From the NCBI GenBank assembly GCA_051000635.1, contig JBPCOC010000048.1:4558-68557 (forward strand): a stretch of DNA of 64,000 nucleotides, given 5' to 3'. Made by a program: the position numbers and the translations under genes. Position 1 is the first letter of the stretch; the number at the start of each line of letters is the position of its first letter. The notes under the pieces were generated by a model. It was not told where the DNA came from, did not search any database, and worked only from the letters and a program-made list of their open reading frames with translations. This DNA is from Sphingomicrobium sp. Its GTDB lineage: Bacteria > Pseudomonadota > Alphaproteobacteria > Sphingomonadales > Sphingomonadaceae. This document shows, piece by piece, positions 59,761 to 64,000 of this stretch.

Positions 59761-60411
59761 TTAATTTGGTTCAGTCTGTCCTTTTCGGAACAGGATCATC
59801 AGATTGTTCGCCGGCATCGGCCGCTGCTCGATGAAGTGAAGGTCCCTCGCCTCCGCCTCGCGGGCGAAATCCTCGATCCTTCGAAGCCCCCATTCTTCGT
59901 TCCGCCGCCGCAAGTCCGAATCGAAAGCAAGATTGCTCGGCGCCGTCTCGATGCTCTCGCTAAGCCACGGCCCGTAAAGAATCAGCGGCGCTCCTGCCGC
60001 CAGCAGCCGCCCGGAGCCGTCGAGCAGCCCGAGCGCCGAGCCCCACGGGCTGATGTGAACCATGTTGATGTTGAGCACCGAGTTCGCCCGGTCGATCGGC
60101 CAGACAGGGGCGGCAGAATCGATGACGGCCGGCTCGCGAATGTTGGCAAGTCCTGCCTCGGCACGCCATGCGCGGATGGATTGAAGGGCATTTTCGTCGA
60201 GGTCGCTCGGCTGCCATTCGAGATTCGGAAACCGCCCGGCGAAATGAACCACATGCTCGCCGGTGCCGCTGGCGATTTCGAGCACGAGGCCGCTTTCCGG
60301 CAGCCAGTCCGCCAACACCTTCGCAATCGGCTCGCGGTTGCGCAGCGCCGCGGGAGCCGAACGGCGGGCGGCGCTCGCGGGAGCTTCGTAGGAGCGGCGC
60401 CCGCTTGTCAC
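59761..60411 (-). CDS. DUF938-type SAM-dependent methyltransferase
   Basis: APAALRNREPI, LEIASGTGEH, WQPSD, NMVHISPW, LYGP and MPANN. Confidence 0.88.
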   Translation of the reverse strand: MTSGRRSYEAPASAARRSAPAALRNREPIAKVLADWLPESGLVLEIASGTGEHVVHFAGRFPNLEWQPSDLDENALQSIRAWRAEAGLANIREPAVIDSAAPVWPIDRANSVLNINMVHISPWGSALGLLDGSGRLLAAGAPLILYGPWLSESIETAPSNLAFDSDLRRRNEEWGLRRIEDFAREAEARDLHFIEQRPMPANNLMILFRKGQTEPN

Positions 60412-61979
60412 TGTTCTGCTTCGGCCTGCTCCGGCTCCTTGTAGACCAGCACCGGTTTGCGCGCGGCGAGGGTCTCGTCGAGTCGCCGCCGGGGCGCGTA
60501 GACGGGCGCGGCTTTCAGGCTCTGGTCGCCTGCCTTCGCGCGCTCTGCGATGACACGCATTGCGGCGATGAACTGGTCGAGCGCCGCCTTGGATTCGGTC
60601 TCGGTCGGCTCGACCAGCATCGCCCCGTGCACGACCAGCGGGAAATACATGGTCATCGGGTGGAAGCCCTCATCGATCAGAGCCTTGGCGAGATCGATCG
60701 TGCTCAGGCCGCCGGCGAAGCCTTTGTCGGAGAAGATCGCCTCGTGCATGCACGGGCCGCTCGCCGCGAACGGCGCATCGAGCACGTCCTCGAGCGCCCG
60801 AAGCACATAATTGGCGTTGAGAACGGCGTCCTCGGCGACCTGGCGGAGCCCGTCGGCGCCGTGGCTCAGGATATAAGCGAGCGCGCGGGTGAACATGCCC
60901 ATCTGCCCGTGGAACGCGGTCATTCGCCCGAAGCTTTCCGGGTGCATCTCGGCCGCGCTTTCCTCCTCGACCAGTCTGTAGCTGCCATCGGGCATTTTCG
61001 CGGCAAAGGGGAGCGGCCCGAACGGCGCAAGCGCTTCCGACACGACCACCGGCCCCGATCCGGGGCCGCCGCCGCCGTGCGGCGTCGAAAAGGTCTTGTG
61101 AAGATTGATGTGCATCGCATCGATTCCGAGGTCACCCGGACGGACCTTGCCGACGATCGCGTTGAAATTGGCGCCGTCGCAATAGACGAAGCCGCCGGCG
61201 GCGTGGACCGCGTCGCTGATCGCCTTCATGTCCGGCTCGAACAGCCCGCAGGTGTTGGGGTTGGTGATCATCACCGCCGCGACATCGGGCCCGAGCCGGC
61301 TCTTCAGCGCCTCGAGGTCGACTCGCCCGGCCTTGTTGGCGGGGATGTTCTCGACACGATAGCCGGCGAAGGCCGCGGTCGCGGGATTGGTGCCGTGCGC
61401 GCTTTCCGGAACAAGCACGACCTCGCGCGGATCGCCGCGCGCCTCGAGCGCTGCACGAATGCACAGCAGCCCGCACAATTCGCCGTGAGCGCCGGCCTTG
61501 GGGCTCATCGCAACGCCGTACATTCCGGTCAGGTCGATCAGCCAGAAGGCAAGCTCGTTGATCACCTGGAGCGCGCCCTGGACGGTCTCCTGCGGCTGAA
61601 GCGGGTGAACGTCGGCGAAGCCGGGGAGCCGGGCGATCTTCTCGTTCAGGCGCGGGTTGTGCTTCATCGTACACGACCCGAGCGGAAAAAGGCCGAGGTC
61701 GATCGCGTAATTCTGCCTCGAAAGCCGCGTGTAGTGCCGGACCGCCTCGGGCTCGGACAGGCCTGGAAGGCCGATGTCGCGGCTGCGCTCGAGGCCGCCC
61801 AGCCGGTCTCCGGAGGCCTTCGTTTCGGGAATATCGACGCCGGTCTGGTCGAAGCGACCGCGCTCGAACAGAAGCGGCTCTTCGAGCTGAAGAGCGCGAT
61901 TTCCGGTCACGGTGGTGGCTTCCGAACTCTCATCGCTGGCGGGAGAGGTCGGCCGCCAGCCCGACGGATTGACGCTCAC
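60408..61979 (-). CDS. gcvPB: Glycine dehydrogenase subunit 2
   Basis: [37 protein letters not shown] and EPTETESK; GTG start overlaps the gcvPA stop. Confidence 0.95.
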   Translation of the reverse strand: MSVNPSGWRPTSPASDESSEATTVTGNRALQLEEPLLFERGRFDQTGVDIPETKASGDRLGGLERSRDIGLPGLSEPEAVRHYTRLSRQNYAIDLGLFPLGSCTMKHNPRLNEKIARLPGFADVHPLQPQETVQGALQVINELAFWLIDLTGMYGVAMSPKAGAHGELCGLLCIRAALEARGDPREVVLVPESAHGTNPATAAFAGYRVENIPANKAGRVDLEALKSRLGPDVAAVMITNPNTCGLFEPDMKAISDAVHAAGGFVYCDGANFNAIVGKVRPGDLGIDAMHINLHKTFSTPHGGGGPGSGPVVVSEALAPFGPLPFAAKMPDGSYRLVEEESAAEMHPESFGRMTAFHGQMGMFTRALAYILSHGADGLRQVAEDAVLNANYVLRALEDVLDAPFAASGPCMHEAIFSDKGFAGGLSTIDLAKALIDEGFHPMTMYFPLVVHGAMLVEPTETESKAALDQFIAAMRVIAERAKAGDQSLKAAPVYAPRRRLDETLAARKPVLVYKEPEQAEAEQ

Positions 61980-63334
61980 CGGCACACCTCCTTCAGCGCC
62001 GCTTCTAGAGCGTCGATGTCCTCGTCGGTGACGGTTTCGGTGACTGCGACGATGAGCCCGTTCTCGAGCGAATCGACACCGGGGTAGAGCCTGCCCAGCG
62101 ACACTCCTCCGAGCACTGAGCGTTCGACCATCGCGTGAACCGCCGGCCGCGCCTCGACGGCAAGCCGGACGGTGAATTCGTTGAAGAAGCTGTCGTTGAC
62201 GATCTCGGCTCCGGGAATAGCGGCCAGCCGATCAGCCACTTCGCACGCGCGCGCGTGATTCAGGGAGGCGAGCTGCCTCAGCCCCTTTTCGCCAAGAAGG
62301 CTAAGGTGCACCGAGAAAGCGAGCGCGCACAGCCCCGAGTTGGTGCAGATGTTCGAAGTCGCCTTCTCGCGGCGGATATGCTGCTCACGGGTCGACAGAG
62401 TGAGCACGAAGCCGCGCTTGCCTTCCGCATCGACGGTCTGCCCGGCGATCCGCCCCGGCATCTGGCGGACGAACTTCTCGGCGCAGGCGAACAGGCCAAC
62501 ATAAGGCCCGCCGAACTGCAGCCCGACTCCGATAGCCTGGCCTTCGCCGACGACGATGTCGGCTCCCATCTCTCCCGGCGACCTGATCAGCCCGAGCGCC
62601 ACCGGCTCGGTCACCACCGCGATCAGCAGCGCGCCTTTCGAATGCGCCGCTTCGGCGATCGGAGCGAGGTCGGTGATTCTTCCGAGTATGTCCGGGTACT
62701 GGACCACCACGGCGCTCGTCTGGTCGTCGATTGCCGCGATCAGCCTCTCGGTGTCCGTCTCAGCCGACAGTTCCGGCGTCGCCGTATCGAGAATATCGCC
62801 GGTAAAGCGCGCCATCGTCGTGGCGACGCTGACGTAATGCGGGTGAAGCCCGGACGATATGACCGCCTTGTCTCGCCGGGTGATCCGCGCCGCCATCAGG
62901 ATCGCTTCCCAGCAGGCGGTCGAGCCGTCGTACATCGACGCATTGGCGATGTCGCAGCCGAACAGTCGCGCGACCTGGGTTTGGAATTCGAACTGCACCT
63001 GGAGAGTGCCCTGCGCGATCTCCGGCTGATAGGGCGTGTAGCTGGTCAGGAACTCGCCGCGCTGGATGATGTGGTCGACCGATGCCGGGACGTGGTGACG
63101 ATAGGCTCCGCAGCCGAGGAAAAAGGGCACGTCCCCGGCGACCATGTTTTTCGCCGCCATCGCGCCCAGCTGCCGTTCCACCGAGATTTCGGAAGCGTGC
63201 ATCGGCAGGCCCTCGATCAGTCCGTCCAGCCGCGCGCCCTCGGGCACATCGACAAACAGCTCGTCGATCGACTTGGCACCGATCGCGTCCAGCATCTCGG
63301 CGCGGTCGGGATCGCTCAAAGGCAGGTAACGCAT
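61976..63334 (-). CDS. gcvPA: Glycine dehydrogenase subunit 1
   Basis: [28 protein letters not shown] and [17 protein letters not shown]. Confidence 0.95.
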   Translation of the reverse strand: MRYLPLSDPDRAEMLDAIGAKSIDELFVDVPEGARLDGLIEGLPMHASEISVERQLGAMAAKNMVAGDVPFFLGCGAYRHHVPASVDHIIQRGEFLTSYTPYQPEIAQGTLQVQFEFQTQVARLFGCDIANASMYDGSTACWEAILMAARITRRDKAVISSGLHPHYVSVATTMARFTGDILDTATPELSAETDTERLIAAIDDQTSAVVVQYPDILGRITDLAPIAEAAHSKGALLIAVVTEPVALGLIRSPGEMGADIVVGEGQAIGVGLQFGGPYVGLFACAEKFVRQMPGRIAGQTVDAEGKRGFVLTLSTREQHIRREKATSNICTNSGLCALAFSVHLSLLGEKGLRQLASLNHARACEVADRLAAIPGAEIVNDSFFNEFTVRLAVEARPAVHAMVERSVLGGVSLGRLYPGVDSLENGLIVAVTETVTDEDIDALEAALKEVCR

Positions 63335-64000
63335 CAAACAGGCTTTCTCATGATGAAGCGGAGGCGGACGTAGTCGGCGACGTCGGAGCCGAATCGCTCG
63401 GCCACTGCGGCACCGATCTTAAAACGTTCGTCCTCGGGCACTCCGGCGCGCTCGAGCCAGCCGCGGCGGAAGGTCGTGACCCAGGCAGCGATCCCGTGCT
63501 CGAGCTGCGTCGGCCGGTCGATCAGCCGAGCGTCGATCTCGTCGAAACCGGCATCCTCGTAGACGTCGGCGAATTCCTCGGCCGACGCGTACCAGTTCGA
63601 CGATTCGCCCGGCGGCGAATAGCCGCGGATCACCAGCTCGGAGTCCAGCGCCTCTCGAAGCTTCGCGAGGTTTCCCTCGCCGCCCATCTCGCCGGCAAAG
63701 CGGCCGCCGGGTTTCAGAGCGCGGAAGATCGCCGCCGCCACTGCGTCGCGGTCCAGCATCCAGTGGAGCGCGGCGTTGGAAAAGGCCGCGTCGAACTGCC
63801 GGTCGAAGCTCATCTCCGCCGCGTCGAGCAGCTCGGCATGAATGCCTTTGCCTCGAGCCGCCTCGACCAGCTCGGGCGAATTGTCGACACCGACCACTTC
63901 AGCACCGCGGTCGACGATCTGCAGCGACAGCGTTCCATCGCCGCAGCCGACGTCGAGGACCCGCTCGCCGGTCTTCGGATCGAGAAGCTCGAGCGCCGCC
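63334..64000 (-). CDS. Class I SAM-dependent methyltransferase (5' end outside the window)
   Basis: The frame stays open to the window edge: [23 protein letters not shown] and LKPGGRF. Confidence 0.85.
   Translation of the reverse strand, partial: AALELLDPKTGERVLDVGCGDGTLSLQIVDRGAEVVGVDNSPELVEAARGKGIHAELLDAAEMSFDRQFDAAFSNAALHWMLDRDAVAAAIFRALKPGGRFAGEMGGEGNLAKLREALDSELVIRGYSPPGESSNWYASAEEFADVYEDAGFDEIDARLIDRPTQLEHGIAAWVTTFRRGWLERAGVPEDERFKIGAAVAERFGSDVADYVRLRFIMRKPV

Overview
A GC-rich alphaproteobacterial chromosome segment. Gene content and order point to Sphingomonadaceae (inference). It is mostly core housekeeping: nuoA, suhB, efp, a tkt-gap-pgk-fba-thiE operon, zapA-6S RNA-fau, rpmH-rnpA-yidD-yidC-engB, dapE, secB-murJ-trpS, dnaA, rpsT, mutM, ubiE-ubiB-coaC/coaB-dut, topA, dprA, plsY, murI, hemA, rpiB-glyA-nrdR-trmJ-rpsD, aguA/aguB, folK, gcvPA/PB, and three tRNAs (Asp, Leu, Lys). 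No integrase, transposase, prophage or CRISPR array was seen. Three things stand out. (1) Two small accessory islands (22.6-24.4 kb and 47.0-48.0 kb) are divided into one-gene units by seven co-oriented copies of a ~30-bp imperfect palindrome, with a conserved arm TGGGT(G/C)GAAAGCGGAC. This looks like a cassette array with no recombinase nearby, and three paralogous small proteins lie in or beside these islands. (2) rnpA appears to be translatable only from an ATG 7 nt upstream of rpmH, so it would contain rpmH entirely in another frame, as in Thermus. (3) REP-like hairpins sit directly against start codons. All coordinates, repeats and motif calls were read by eye and no database searches were run.
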